A stretch of DNA of 64,000 nt from Deltaproteobacteria bacterium (GCA_021794015.1 JAJYRQ010000003.1:54900-118899), one strand, 5' to 3'. Shown: positions 26,420 to 37,192, numbered from the stretch's first letter. Numbers and translations: made by a program. Notes: generated from the sequence alone by a model not told the origin.

Positions 26420-27760
26420 TTACTTCGCGGCAGCCTCGACCTTCGAGCAGTCGCGCGGCGTGATGCCTTTTTCTTTGGCGTACGCCAAGGCCGAAGCCTT
26501 GTACATTTCCCAAAGCATGCGCCGGTGCGGCTTGATCCAGTCGGTGATCGTCTTCCAGTGGTGGCCGTCCCACTGCTGGATTTTGACGTCGCCGCCGCCT
26601 TCGTGGTCCGTGCAGGTGACGTGGATCGGCGTCACCAGCCCGGCGGCGCCGAGCTGCTTGATGCGGCCGGCGGTGAGATTGAGGTGCTCGAAGCCCCACT
26701 GGATCTGCTCGCCGGTAAGCGGCTTCTTGCCGTACCTGGCCTGGGCGATACGCAGGGCCTCGGTATCATAGATGGCGTTGACCACGCCGCGGTCGTAGAG
26801 CACCTCGCCGACCTTCGCCTTGGTCGCATGGCCGCCACCCTTGCCGTACACGTACTTGAGAATGTCCTGGATCACCGGGAACTTGGCGCCGACTCCCGTG
26901 ATATTGGCGGCTTTGTAGCCCTTGCCTGCCGCACCCGCGGGTTCAACGTCAGGCTCGGAGGCCGACCACCAGATGCCGACGAAGTGAGTCATCGGGTAGC
27001 CAATGGCGGCCGCTTCCTTGACCGCCGTCGAGTTCATTACGCCCCAACCCCACATCAGCACCCAGTTCGGGCGCAGGCGGCGGATTTCCAGCCAGGTTGC
27101 CTTCTGCTCGAGCCCGGGATGGGCTACGGCGAACTTGCTGAACTGGTAGCCGTAGCGCTGGGAAAGCTTTTCGAGCGTGGCAATCGGCTCCTTGCCGTAA
27201 GCGCTGTCGTGATAGACGAGCGCGATCTTCTTGCCCTTGAGCTTGTCCAGCCCGCCCTCCTGCGAGCCGACGTACTGGATAATGGCGTCGGCCCCGGCCC
27301 AGTAAGTCGCCGGATAGGTGAAGGCATAGGGAAAGACCGGGCCGTAGCTGGCATCAGCGCGGCCGTAGCCCATCATGATCAGCGGAATCTTGTCGGCCGC
27401 CGTGCGCTCGAGCAGCGCGTAAGAGATGCCGGTCGAAAGCGGATCGACCCATGAGGCGCCGGTCGGCCCCTTGTGCTTGAGGCGCTCGTAGCACTCCACG
27501 CCTTTGTCATTGTTGTAGGCGGTCTCGCACTCCTCGTAGGTAATCTTGACGCCGCCCACGCCGCGGTCGCGCGCGTTTACCAGGTCGAGGTAATCGGCGT
27601 AGCCGTCGGCGAACGGAATCCCGTTGGGCGCGTACGGCCCGGTACGATAGACCAGGCGCGGCACGAACTGCTCGTTCTGCGCCTCGGCCACGCCGCCAAC
27701 CAGCAAACCGGCGGCGACGGCAGCCGCCACAACTCCGATTGCACCTTTCCAGGCTTTCAT
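26420..27760 (-). CDS. ABC transporter periplasmic substrate-binding protein (LivK/type I PBP family)
   Basis: Start set at the internal Met (MKAWKGAIGVVAAAVAAGLLVGGVAEAQ signal peptide, with GGAGGAGG upstream). The track ORF extends to 27970. Confidence 0.8.
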   Translation of the reverse strand: MKAWKGAIGVVAAAVAAGLLVGGVAEAQNEQFVPRLVYRTGPYAPNGIPFADGYADYLDLVNARDRGVGGVKITYEECETAYNNDKGVECYERLKHKGPTGASWVDPLSTGISYALLERTAADKIPLIMMGYGRADASYGPVFPYAFTYPATYWAGADAIIQYVGSQEGGLDKLKGKKIALVYHDSAYGKEPIATLEKLSQRYGYQFSKFAVAHPGLEQKATWLEIRRLRPNWVLMWGWGVMNSTAVKEAAAIGYPMTHFVGIWWSASEPDVEPAGAAGKGYKAANITGVGAKFPVIQDILKYVYGKGGGHATKAKVGEVLYDRGVVNAIYDTEALRIAQARYGKKPLTGEQIQWGFEHLNLTAGRIKQLGAAGLVTPIHVTCTDHEGGGDVKIQQWDGHHWKTITDWIKPHRRMLWEMYKASALAYAKEKGITPRDCSKVEAAAK

Positions 27761-27921
27761 AAAACCCCTCCTCCGGACGCCAGCGAACTCGATGCGCTGG
27801 AATCCATTCGAAAGCGGTGCCGCAAGGCCCAGCCGCGATAACGACGGCGCAACGCTAGCACAGCTCCCGCTCAAGGGCAAACGCTCGCCGAAACGCGGCC
27901 GCAGCCTCGGTGACAGGAGCC

Positions 27922-29001
27922 TCAGTAAGGAAAGGGCCACAGCCGCAGCTTCTCCTTGCCTACCTGCCAAAGCCGCGCCAGACCGTTGGGCTCGACCACC
28001 AGAAAAAACACAATCAGCGCGCCGAAGATGATCGATTGCAGGTTGGTGACCGTGGCAACCCGGATGCTGAGCCCCAAAAACCCGGGCGCGTTGCTCAGCA
28101 GCACCGGCACCAGCACCACGAAGGCCGCCCCCAGGAACGAGCCGAGGATGCTGCCCAGGCCGCCGATAATAATCATGAACAGAATCTGGAATGACCGCTC
28201 GACGTCGAAGGCCAGCGGCTCAACCGTCCCGGTGTATACAAAGGCCCAAAGCGCGCCCGCCACGCCCACGTAAAAGGAGCTGACAGCGAAGGCGGTCAGC
28301 TTGGTCGCCAGCGGACGGATGCCGATGATTTCGGCCGCGATGTCCATGTCGCGGATCGCCATCCAGGCGCGCCCCGTGGCGCAGCGCACCATGTTCTTGG
28401 CCGCCAGCGCCAGCAGCGACACCGTGGTCAGCGCGAACAGATACTTGTCCACCGAACTCGCCTCGGCGCCGGTTATATAGACGCGGCCAAAGACCGCCCG
28501 CAGCGGCGCCGAAATCACCCCCGAGGAAGAATAATTGGTAAACCACGGAACCCGGTTAAACAGCCAGACCAAAAAGAATTGCGCGGCCAGCGTGGCCACG
28601 GCGAGGTAAAACCCCTTGATCCGCAAACTCGGCACACCAAATACGATGCCCACCGCCGCGGCGATAAGCCCAGCAATCACGATCACCAGCACCACGTTCA
28701 GATGCGGAAAGCCGATGGCCAGCTTGTAGGCCGAAAACGCGCCAACCGCCATGAAGCCGCCGGTGCCGAGCGAAACCTGCCCCGCGTACCCGGTGAGAAT
28801 ATTGAGCCCCAGCGCCGCCAGCGAATAGACCAAAAACGGTATCAGAATCGCGTCCAACCAGTAGCCGTTGGCAATCAGCGGCACGCCCACATAGGCGGCC
28901 AACACCAGCACAACCAGCGCAATCCGATCCTGGGCGATCGGAAAGATCGCCTGGTCCGCCGCGTAGCTCGTCTTGAACTCGCCCGCCTCGCGATAGAACA
29001 C
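27922..29001 (-). CDS. livM: Branched-chain amino acid-type ABC transporter permease (LivM-like)
   Basis: 359-aa polytopic ORF. YAGQVSLGTGGFMAVGAF is typical of LivM. Confidence 0.88.
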   Translation of the reverse strand: MFYREAGEFKTSYAADQAIFPIAQDRIALVVLVLAAYVGVPLIANGYWLDAILIPFLVYSLAALGLNILTGYAGQVSLGTGGFMAVGAFSAYKLAIGFPHLNVVLVIVIAGLIAAAVGIVFGVPSLRIKGFYLAVATLAAQFFLVWLFNRVPWFTNYSSSGVISAPLRAVFGRVYITGAEASSVDKYLFALTTVSLLALAAKNMVRCATGRAWMAIRDMDIAAEIIGIRPLATKLTAFAVSSFYVGVAGALWAFVYTGTVEPLAFDVERSFQILFMIIIGGLGSILGSFLGAAFVVLVPVLLSNAPGFLGLSIRVATVTNLQSIIFGALIVFFLVVEPNGLARLWQVGKEKLRLWPFPY

Positions 29002-29007
29002 GAACCG

Positions 29008-29943
29008 CTACACCCGCTCGATTATCCGCTCGCCGAACAACCCCTGCGGCCGGAACAGCAGAAAGATGAGCGCCAGCAGGTAGGCGAACCAATTCTCCAC
29101 CGCGCCGCCCAGCGCAGGCCCCCAAAACACTTCGCCGACCTTCTCCGTGGCTCCGACGATAAGTCCGCCGACAATCGCTCCCGGCACCGAGGTGAATCCC
29201 CCCAGGATCAGTACCGGCAACGCCTTGAGCGCCACCAGCGAAAGCGAAAACTGCACGCCCAGGCTGCTCCCCCACATGATCCCGGCAACCAGAGCGACCA
29301 GCCCGGCCATCGTCCACACGATAACCCAAACCACCTTTAACGGTACCCCGACCGAAAGCGCCGCCTGGTGGTCGTCGGCCACCGCGCGCAGCACCCGCCC
29401 GACCGAGGTCCAGCGGAAAAACAGCGCCAGCGCCGTCACCAGCAGGCCCGCAACCGCAGCGCCCACCAGGTCGAGCTTGTTCACCAGGATGCCGCCCAGC
29501 GTGAGCGGCCCGCTGGGGATGCCGAGCTCCAGCGTGTGCACATCCCCGCCCCACATGAGCTGCCCCAACCCCTCAAGGAAAAAGCTTATCCCCAGGGTTG
29601 CCATGAAAAGAATGATCTCCGACTGATTGACCATTGGACGCAGCACCAGGCGCTCGACCGCGAAGGCCAGCCCCACCATCACGCCGCAAGTCGTGCCCAG
29701 CGCCAGCCAGGCCGGAGCCCCCATCTCCATCTGCCCAACCAGCATCAGGGCCGCGAACAGCACCATCGTGCCCTGGGCGAAGTTGAAGACGCGCGAGGCC
29801 TTGTAAATGATCACAAACCCGAGCGCCACCAGCGAATACATCACCCCGGTCAAGAGACCGCCGGTCAGCACCTCGACGAAAAAACGCGGGTCCCCCGCGA
29901 TCTGCACGAAGGGATCGATCAGGACGGTGTAGAGGAAATGCAC
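29008..29943 (-). CDS. livH: Branched-chain amino acid-type ABC transporter permease (LivH-like)
   Basis: 311-aa polytopic ORF. VIIYKASRVFNFAQG is typical of LivH. Confidence 0.88.
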   Translation of the reverse strand: MHFLYTVLIDPFVQIAGDPRFFVEVLTGGLLTGVMYSLVALGFVIIYKASRVFNFAQGTMVLFAALMLVGQMEMGAPAWLALGTTCGVMVGLAFAVERLVLRPMVNQSEIILFMATLGISFFLEGLGQLMWGGDVHTLELGIPSGPLTLGGILVNKLDLVGAAVAGLLVTALALFFRWTSVGRVLRAVADDHQAALSVGVPLKVVWVIVWTMAGLVALVAGIMWGSSLGVQFSLSLVALKALPVLILGGFTSVPGAIVGGLIVGATEKVGEVFWGPALGGAVENWFAYLLALIFLLFRPQGLFGERIIERV

Positions 29944-30764
29944 GGCTTCTCCTCGGCTGGCGCCGGCCCATGGTCAACTCCGAGGTAAGCCTCGACCACG
30001 GCCGGGTCGGTGCGCACTTGGTCCGGCGTTCCATCGGCGATCTTGCGTCCGTAATCGAGCACCACGACGCGGTCCGAGATATCCATGACCACGCCCATGT
30101 CGTGCTCGATAAGCGCGATGGTGGTGCCGAACTCCTGGTTCACGTCGAGGATGAAGCGGCTCATGTCCTGTTTTTCCTCGACGTTCATCCCGCCCATCGG
30201 CTCATCCAGCAGCAGCAGTTCGGGCTCGGCGGCCAGCGCCCTGCCCAGTTCGACGCGCTTTTGCAGGCCGTAGGGCAGGCGGCCGACCGGAATTTTGCGC
30301 ACCGCCTGGATTTCCAGGAAGTCGATGATGCGTTCGGCGAAGGCGCGGTGCGCAAGCTCCTCGCGCCGGGCGGGGCCGAGGTAGAGCGCGTCCCACAGCA
30401 GGTTGGCGCGCATCTTGAGCAAGCGTCCGGTCATGATATTGTCGAGCGCGGTCATGCTGCGGAAGAGCGCGATGTTCTGAAAGGTGCGCGCGATCCCGTT
30501 CTTGGCGGCGTCGTGCGAACGCATCTGATGCACCGCGCGCCCCTTGTAGGTGATGGTCCCCTGTTGCGGCTTGTAGAAGCCGTTGATGCAATTGAGCATC
30601 GAGGTTTTGCCCGCGCCGTTGGGCCCGATGATGGCGCGGATTTCGCCCCGGCGGATGTCGAAGCTCACGTCGAAGAGCGCCTGGATGCCGCCGAAGGCCA
30701 GCCGCAGGTTGCTGACCTCGAGCAGGACCCCGTCGCTGCCTCGCTCGCCAGGCTCCGCGCTCAC
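29919..30764 (-). CDS. livG: Branched-chain amino acid-type ABC transporter ATP-binding protein (LivG-like)
   Basis: Walker A GPNGAGKTS, LPYGLQKRVELGRALA, Walker B LLLLDEPMGG. Confidence 0.88.
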   Translation of the reverse strand: MSAEPGERGSDGVLLEVSNLRLAFGGIQALFDVSFDIRRGEIRAIIGPNGAGKTSMLNCINGFYKPQQGTITYKGRAVHQMRSHDAAKNGIARTFQNIALFRSMTALDNIMTGRLLKMRANLLWDALYLGPARREELAHRAFAERIIDFLEIQAVRKIPVGRLPYGLQKRVELGRALAAEPELLLLDEPMGGMNVEEKQDMSRFILDVNQEFGTTIALIEHDMGVVMDISDRVVVLDYGRKIADGTPDQVRTDPAVVEAYLGVDHGPAPAEEKPCISSTPS

Positions 30765-30774
30765 CGTGTCCGAC

Positions 30775-32877
30775 CTAGCCGGCTTTCCTAGGCGCAGTTA
30801 AGGGCGCCCCTGAGCCCTTGGCGGCGGGAAAGGTTGCGGCCTCGGCGACCCGGACCCTGGCCCGTACGCTCCCCGTGCGGCCGTCTTCGAACCTCACCTG
30901 CAGCACGCTCTCGCACTCGGCGCAGCCGGAATAAAGCGCTTCAACCAGCGCCGCATATTTCTCGCCAATCAGGCGGCGGCGCACCTTGCGCGTGCGCGTC
31001 AGCTCTCCGTCGTCCGCGTCGAGTTCCTTGGGCAGGATGAGAAAGCGCGCAATCTGCGAACCGGCGAGCACCGGGTCCCGCGCCAGGTCGCGGTTGACCT
31101 CCTCGACCTTGGCGCGCAAAAGGTCGTAGACCTCGGACTTGCCGGCCAGCTCAGTATAGCTGGTGTAGGCCAGACCCCGGCGCTCGGCCCAGTTGCCGAC
31201 CGCGCCGATGTCGATGTTGACGAAGACCGCGGCGTGGTCGCGGCCGTGGCCGAAAGCGACGGCCTCCTTGATGTAAGGGAAGAACTTAAGCTTGTTTTCC
31301 AGGTACTTGGGCGCAAACAGCGTTCCGTCTTTGAGTCGCCCCACATCCTTTGCGCGATCGACGATTTTCAGGTGTCCGCGCGCGTCAAGATACCCCGCGT
31401 CGCCGGTGCGGATCCAGCCCTCCGGAGTCTTGGTCTCCTGCGTCGCCTGCGGATTCCTGTGGTACTCGAGAAAAACCCCCGGCGAGCGAAAAGTCACCTC
31501 GCCCGCCTCGGTCACAGCCAGCTCGACCGTACCCACAGGCTTGCCCACCGTGTCGGGATAAACCTCGCCGTCAGGCTGCATGGCCACGAATACCGCGCCC
31601 TCGGTCGAGCCGTAGAGCTGCTTAATGTTGATCCCGAGGCCGCGGTAGAAAAGGAACGTGTCGGGGCCAATCGCCTCGCCGGCGGTGTAGGCAACGCGAA
31701 TCCGACTTAGGCCGAGCGCGTTCTTGAGCGGACCGTAAACTGCTGTTGCGCCCAACCCGTAGCGTAGCCGGTCGAGCCAACCAACCGGCGCGCCCTCCAG
31801 GATGCGCGTGCCAACTCGGCGGGCATGTGCCACGAAATGCCTGAACATCAGCCGCTTGACCGCACCCGCATCCTCCATCCGAACCATCACGTTGGTCAGG
31901 ATGTTTTCCCAAATCCGCGGCGGCGCAAAAAAATAGGTCGGGCCGATCTCCCGCAAATCCTGCATCACCGTCGCCCCCGACTCCGGACAGCACACGCAGA
32001 AGCCCGCGCAATAAGCCTGCGCCACCGAGAACGAGTTGTCTCCCACCCACGCCATGGGCAGGTAGGCAAGGGCCTCGTCGCGCTCGGTAAGACGATCGAA
32101 CTCAACCGCCGCCTGCGCGGTCAGAATCAGATTGTCGAAGCTGAGAACGACGCCTTTGGGCTGGCCCGTGGTCCCCGAAGTATAAAAGAAGCCCGCCGGA
32201 TCGCTGCCCCGGCCTGCGGCAACCTCCGACAGGAAGCTCTGCGGGTGAGCTGCGTCGTGGCTCCGCCCGTCTTGCTCGAGCTGTGAAAGACTGTGCAGCC
32301 AGGGCTCGCGATAGCTGCGCAGCCCGCGCGGATCACTGTAGAAAACCTGCTCGAGCTTTGGGAGCCGCGGCTTTACCGCGCACAGCTTGTCGACCTGCTC
32401 CTGGTCCTCGGCCACCGCGAAACGCACCTCGGCGTGGTCAAGGACAAATTCCATCTCGGCCGCGGTCGCATCCTGGTAGACAGGCACCGCCACTGCGCCC
32501 AGCGACTGGGCCGCGACCATCGACCAGTAAAGGTGCGGGCGATTGTCGCCGATGACGGCCAGCTTGTCGCCGCGCTCAAGTCCCAACGCGGCCAAGCCGC
32601 CGGCCAGCGCGCGGACGTGCTCCAGCGCCTGGCGCCAGGTCCAGGTCTGCCAGATGCCGAGGTCTTTCTCGCGTATCGCCGGCCGGTCGGGACGCAGGCG
32701 GGCATGATGCAAGAGCAGCTTTGCAAAGGTATCCAGCCCGGGGGTTCCGGGCTTTTGCTTTTCGGTGGCGAAGGGGCCGGAAGGAGTTGCGTTTGCCCAG
32801 CCGCTCGGCGCGCCCGAATCGGAGCGCGCTGGCGCAGCCTCTGATGCGTAGGAGTCTAGCTTCGCCTTCTGGGCCAC
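30775..32877 (-). CDS. AMP-dependent (long-chain) acyl-CoA synthetase
   Basis: 700-aa ORF with the AMP-binding motifs FFYTSGTTGQPKGV and YGSTEG, and TGDAGYLDARGHLKIVDRAKD. Confidence 0.85.
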   Translation of the reverse strand: MAQKAKLDSYASEAAPARSDSGAPSGWANATPSGPFATEKQKPGTPGLDTFAKLLLHHARLRPDRPAIREKDLGIWQTWTWRQALEHVRALAGGLAALGLERGDKLAVIGDNRPHLYWSMVAAQSLGAVAVPVYQDATAAEMEFVLDHAEVRFAVAEDQEQVDKLCAVKPRLPKLEQVFYSDPRGLRSYREPWLHSLSQLEQDGRSHDAAHPQSFLSEVAAGRGSDPAGFFYTSGTTGQPKGVVLSFDNLILTAQAAVEFDRLTERDEALAYLPMAWVGDNSFSVAQAYCAGFCVCCPESGATVMQDLREIGPTYFFAPPRIWENILTNVMVRMEDAGAVKRLMFRHFVAHARRVGTRILEGAPVGWLDRLRYGLGATAVYGPLKNALGLSRIRVAYTAGEAIGPDTFLFYRGLGINIKQLYGSTEGAVFVAMQPDGEVYPDTVGKPVGTVELAVTEAGEVTFRSPGVFLEYHRNPQATQETKTPEGWIRTGDAGYLDARGHLKIVDRAKDVGRLKDGTLFAPKYLENKLKFFPYIKEAVAFGHGRDHAAVFVNIDIGAVGNWAERRGLAYTSYTELAGKSEVYDLLRAKVEEVNRDLARDPVLAGSQIARFLILPKELDADDGELTRTRKVRRRLIGEKYAALVEALYSGCAECESVLQVRFEDGRTGSVRARVRVAEAATFPAAKGSGAPLTAPRKAG

Positions 32878-33080
32878 CGACCGACTCGTTCCCCCGTACT
32901 ATAGCGTCTATCTTCTGCCTGGCACATCCGGTGCCATCCAATATGCGGCAAACGTGCCTGGGCGCGCAAGGCATCGCACGCACCCCGCTGCGCCTTGGCC
33001 GGGACCTTCCCGCTAACGCGGCGACCTTGCGGCCGCGCCCAAGCTTGTATCCGCGGCAAGCCGCCCGACCGCTTTACGGC

Positions 33081-34610
33081 TCAGCGCCACCGCTTAAACC
33101 ACGCCCGCAGGAGCCCTTCGATTCGCCGCGTCAGCCTGGCCCGGTTGAAAGCATCGGCCGCCTTGCCAAGCGCTTGCGCGCGGGTCGGGTAGGCATAGAT
33201 TACATCGGCGAGACCGAGCAGGCCCAGGCCGGCGGCCATCGCCACGCCTATCTGGCCGATTATCTCTCCCGCCCCGGTGCCGACGGCGCTGGCGCCCAGG
33301 ATACGTCCGCGCCGCCCCACCGCAACGATTTTAAGGAAGCCTTCCGTGTCTCCCTCGATCACCGCCCGGTCAACCTCGCTCCACGGTTGCACGATCACGC
33401 GGCAGGCAAGGCCGCGCGCTGAGGCCTGCGCTGCGTCGAGCCCCACGTGCGCCACTTCCGGCTCGGTGAAGACACACCACGGCACGGCCGAAGTGTCCAG
33501 CCGGCGGCGGCCGAAGAAAAGTGCGTTGCGCACCGCCACGCGGGCGGCGGCGTCGGCCGCATGGGTAAACCTCTGCCGGGAACAGACATCGCCGGCAGCG
33601 TAGACTCGGCGATTCGAGGTGCGCATCCGAGCGTTCACCCTGATGCCGGCGTTCTCATTCCATTGAACGCCCGCGGCTTCCAGTCCCAGCCCGCGCAACG
33701 CGGGCGCGCGGCCGGCCGCAACCAGGATTTCGTCGCAGGCAAGCGTATGACCCTGCGTCCCGCACTCGATTTCGATGCGCTTTTCACCGCTCTCAGTGCG
33801 CACGCGACGAATCGACGCCCCGGTATACAGCCGCACCCGGTCGGCTTCGAGCGCGCGCGCGACAACCGGCGCCACGTCGGGATCGGCTTGCGGCAGGATG
33901 CGGGGCGCGGTTTCGACCAGCGTCACCTCCGAACCCAGGCGGCCGAAGGCTTGGGCAAGCTCACAGCCGCTCGCTCCGGCGCCGATCACGGCCAGCCGCC
34001 CGGGCAGGCGGGTCAGCGCGAAAACCGTTTCTGTCGTTAGAAACCCCGCTTCGGCCAGGCCCGCTATCGCAGGAACCGCCGGCTGCGTGCCGGTGGCGAC
34101 CAGCGCGCGCCAAAAGCGCAAACGCCGGCCGTCAACGTCGACGGCATCGGACGCAACGAAACGCCCGTGGCCCCAAAAGAGATCAACGCCGAGCCGCTCA
34201 AAGCGCCGGATAGAGTCGTGCTCTGCAAGCTCAGCCTGCGCGCGGCGGATCGCGGCTGCCGCCCCCGCGAAGTCGGCCGGGCATGGCCGCTCGCTGCGCT
34301 CCGCAACGCTCCAGCCTTCCCGCGCCTGCCGGCAGCCCCGCGCATAGTGTAGTAGCGCCTTGGAAGGGACGCAGGCGAAATTCAAGCAATCGCCGCCCAT
34401 CGCGCGCCGCTCGACCAGGGCCACCTTCGCTCCCAGTTGCGCTGCCGCGGCCGCAGCCACCAGGCCGGCGCTGCCGGCTCCCAGCACTACGAGATGGTAG
34501 CGAGGCGCCGGCTGCGGGTTTGAGCGGCCCGCCCCGATGACGCTCTCGGCCAGCCGCTGCGCATCGTCGGCCCGGCCCCCGGCGCACGCCGCGCCTGCTT
34601 CGACGGTCAT
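33081..34610 (-). CDS. FAD-dependent pyridine nucleotide-disulfide oxidoreductase (dihydrolipoamide dehydrogenase / mercuric reductase-like)
   Basis: VVLGAGSAGLVAA (FAD), redox-active GGDCLNFACVPSK, a second Rossmann motif VIGAGASGCELA, and a dimerisation-domain C-terminus. Start set at Met 34608-34610, which has GGAGGAGG upstream. Confidence 0.82.
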   Translation of the reverse strand: MTVEAGAACAGGRADDAQRLAESVIGAGRSNPQPAPRYHLVVLGAGSAGLVAAAAAAQLGAKVALVERRAMGGDCLNFACVPSKALLHYARGCRQAREGWSVAERSERPCPADFAGAAAAIRRAQAELAEHDSIRRFERLGVDLFWGHGRFVASDAVDVDGRRLRFWRALVATGTQPAVPAIAGLAEAGFLTTETVFALTRLPGRLAVIGAGASGCELAQAFGRLGSEVTLVETAPRILPQADPDVAPVVARALEADRVRLYTGASIRRVRTESGEKRIEIECGTQGHTLACDEILVAAGRAPALRGLGLEAAGVQWNENAGIRVNARMRTSNRRVYAAGDVCSRQRFTHAADAAARVAVRNALFFGRRRLDTSAVPWCVFTEPEVAHVGLDAAQASARGLACRVIVQPWSEVDRAVIEGDTEGFLKIVAVGRRGRILGASAVGTGAGEIIGQIGVAMAAGLGLLGLADVIYAYPTRAQALGKAADAFNRARLTRRIEGLLRAWFKRWR

Positions 34611-34821
34611 CGGACACCTCCTCCGGACGGACTGAATGCTCTTCCCACTATAGCCAGCGCAGGTATGGTCCGGAAAAGCGGCCCCGCAAGGTCGGCCGAG
34701 CACGCCGGCGCCGGCGTGCATCGCGGCCGCCCCCGCCGCAGGCTATGCTCTCATCACGGCAGGGGCGGACTCGGCACCGGGAAAAAACGGCCCGGCGCCG
34801 AGCCGATGAGGAACCAGCTCT

Positions 34822-36171
34822 ATGCTTATAGGCGCGTTGGGCGCGGCGGTCGCAGCGCTGGCGCTCGCCGTTTTGCTGCTGGTGCTTTGGCGGCCGGGAG
34901 ACCGCGGCGAAGCAGCCGAGCTAAGAACCGCCGTGGCCGGTCTGCAGGCCGCCCTCGCCCGCGCCGAAGAGGGGCTGCGCGCGGAACTGGCGCGCACGCG
35001 CGGCGAACTGTACGAAGCCTCGCGCGCGTTGCGCGAAGAGGTCGGCGCCACCCTAAGAACGCTGGGCGATTCCAACGTGAGCGCGCTAAGCGCGCTTGCC
35101 CAGCGCCAGCAGGGAGAACTCAAGCTTTTCTCCGAACAGCTCGGCACCCAGCTCGCGGGCCTCGGCCATGTTATCGAGCAGGGCCTCAAAGGACTGCGTG
35201 AAGCGGTCGAGGCGCGCCTTTCCCAGCTCCAGCAGGACAGCAGCACCAAGCTGGAGATGATGCGCGCCACCGTCGATGAGAAGCTCCAGCAAACGCTCGA
35301 GCAGCGGCTCGGCGAGAGCTTTCGCCAGGTGAGCGAGAGCCTCGAGCAGGTCCACCGCGGCCTGGGCGAAATGCAATCGCTGGCCGGCGGCGTGGGCGAT
35401 CTCAAGAAAGTGCTCTCCAACGTCAAAACGCGCGGCATGCTGGGCGAAGTGCAGCTCGAAGCGCTGCTCGCGCAGATTCTCGCCCCCGCCCAGTACGACC
35501 GTAACGTTGCCACCAAGGCCGACAGCGCCGAACGCGTCGAGTTTGCCGTGCGCCTGCCCGGACGCGACGGTCCCGGCGGCGACCCGGTCTGGCTCCCGAT
35601 CGACGCCAAGTTCCCGCTGGAAGACTACACCCGGCTGGTCGAGGCGCAGGAACGCGCCGACCTGCCGGCCGCCGAAAGCCAGGCCGCCGCGCTCGAGGCG
35701 CGCATCAAGGCCTGCGCGCGCGACATCCGCGACAAGTACCTCAACGCGCCGGTGACCACCGACTTTGCCCTGCTGTTTCTTCCCACCGAGGGGCTTTATG
35801 CCGAGGTGATACGCCGCCCCGGCCTGTTCGAGACGCTGCAGCGCGAGTTCCGGGTCGTCGTGGCCGGACCGAGCACCCTGGCAGCTCTGCTCAACAGCCT
35901 GCAAATCGGCTTTCGCGTGCTGGCCATCGAGCAACGCGCCGGCGAAGTATGGAAGCTCCTGGGCGCGGTAAAAACGGAGTTCGGTCGCTTCGGTGACACC
36001 ATCGACAAGGTGCACAGAAGAATCGACGAAGCCTCAAGCGCGCTCGACCACGTGAGAAAGCGCTCCCAGACGATCGCCCGGCGGCTCAGAGACGTGGAAG
36101 AGCTGCCGCAGGGACAGGCGCAGCAGTTGCTCCCCGAGCCGGGCCCCGAGGACCCGGCCCCAACGGATTGA
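34822..36171 (+). CDS. rmuC: DNA recombination protein RmuC
   Basis: 449-aa ORF with an N-terminal TM helix, a long coiled coil and a C-terminal RmuC nuclease-like region (FAVRLPGR...WLPIDAKFPLEDY...FLPTEGLYAE). Confidence 0.88.
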   Translation: MLIGALGAAVAALALAVLLLVLWRPGDRGEAAELRTAVAGLQAALARAEEGLRAELARTRGELYEASRALREEVGATLRTLGDSNVSALSALAQRQQGELKLFSEQLGTQLAGLGHVIEQGLKGLREAVEARLSQLQQDSSTKLEMMRATVDEKLQQTLEQRLGESFRQVSESLEQVHRGLGEMQSLAGGVGDLKKVLSNVKTRGMLGEVQLEALLAQILAPAQYDRNVATKADSAERVEFAVRLPGRDGPGGDPVWLPIDAKFPLEDYTRLVEAQERADLPAAESQAAALEARIKACARDIRDKYLNAPVTTDFALLFLPTEGLYAEVIRRPGLFETLQREFRVVVAGPSTLAALLNSLQIGFRVLAIEQRAGEVWKLLGAVKTEFGRFGDTIDKVHRRIDEASSALDHVRKRSQTIARRLRDVEELPQGQAQQLLPEPGPEDPAPTD

Positions 36172-36440
36172 ACCCCAAGCTTCTTGCAGCCTCGGCCGCC
36201 GGGCCGAGCGGTGCGGCGCCGCCAGATGCGGGCCGCGAACAGCCCACGGCCGGCCCGAGCGCTGGAGCTTGCCGCTTGCGCGCGGTTCTTGCGCCGCCGG
36301 CGCCGCGCTCAAGCCGGCCTTACATCGCTCGCTCGATCCGCTTATATTAAGTAGCTGGATGTATGGTGCCGGCCGCGTCCTGGCGCCGGCCGCCGCGCGA
36401 CGGCCGACACCGCGCGGCACAAGAGGGACAACGGCGGCCG

Positions 36441-37082
36441 ATGAGCTTTTTTGCGCAGGCCCGGCAGAAAATGGTGGCCGAGCAGCTTGTGCGCCGCGGT
36501 ATTCAAGATGCCGGCGTGCTGGCCGCGATGGCCCAAGTCCCGCGCGAAATGTTCGTCCCCGACGAACTGGTCGACCGCGCTTACGACGACGGCCCGCTGC
36601 CGATCGGGGCCGGCCAGACGATCTCGCAGCCCTACATGGTCGCCCTGATGTGCGAGGTGGCCCGGATCGGACCGTCCGAGCGCGTGCTCGAGGTCGGCAC
36701 CGGCTCGGGCTACCATGCGGCGGTGCTCTCCCGACTCGCGGCAGCCGTCTTTTCTTTGGAACGCCTGCCCGAGCTGGTGGAGCAGGCACGGCAAAGGCTT
36801 GCCGCCTGCGCCGCCAACGTCGCGCTGCGCCTCGGCGAGGGCGGCGAAGGGTGGCCCGAGCAAGCTCCGTTCGACGTCATCATGGTGACGGCCGCGATGC
36901 CGGGTCTGCCCCGCCCGCTGCTCAGCCAGCTTGCACCGCTCGGCCGCCTGGTTGCCCCGGTGGGCGAAAAGGAACTGCAAAGCCTGGTGCGCGTCACAAG
37001 ACGTGGCGGGCATTGGCACGAGGAGTACTTCGGCGAATGCCGGTTCGTCCAGATGATCGGCGCCTTCGGTTTCACCGAGTGA
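36441..37082 (+). CDS. pcm: Protein-L-isoaspartate O-methyltransferase
   Basis: MVAEQLVRRGI...VPREMFVP...DGPLPIGAGQTISQPYMVA...VLEVGTGSGYHAAVL. Start set at the internal ATG 36441. Confidence 0.9.
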   Translation: MSFFAQARQKMVAEQLVRRGIQDAGVLAAMAQVPREMFVPDELVDRAYDDGPLPIGAGQTISQPYMVALMCEVARIGPSERVLEVGTGSGYHAAVLSRLAAAVFSLERLPELVEQARQRLAACAANVALRLGEGGEGWPEQAPFDVIMVTAAMPGLPRPLLSQLAPLGRLVAPVGEKELQSLVRVTRRGGHWHEEYFGECRFVQMIGAFGFTE

Positions 37083-37192
37083 GGCTTAGGCTTTAGCGGC
37101 GGCCGGGCGTAATTGGCCCGGATGGCCGGGTGCGGGAGCGCCCAACGGGGCGCTCGCAGCGGCAGGTTGGGAGGCTCTGGGGAGGCTGGGAA

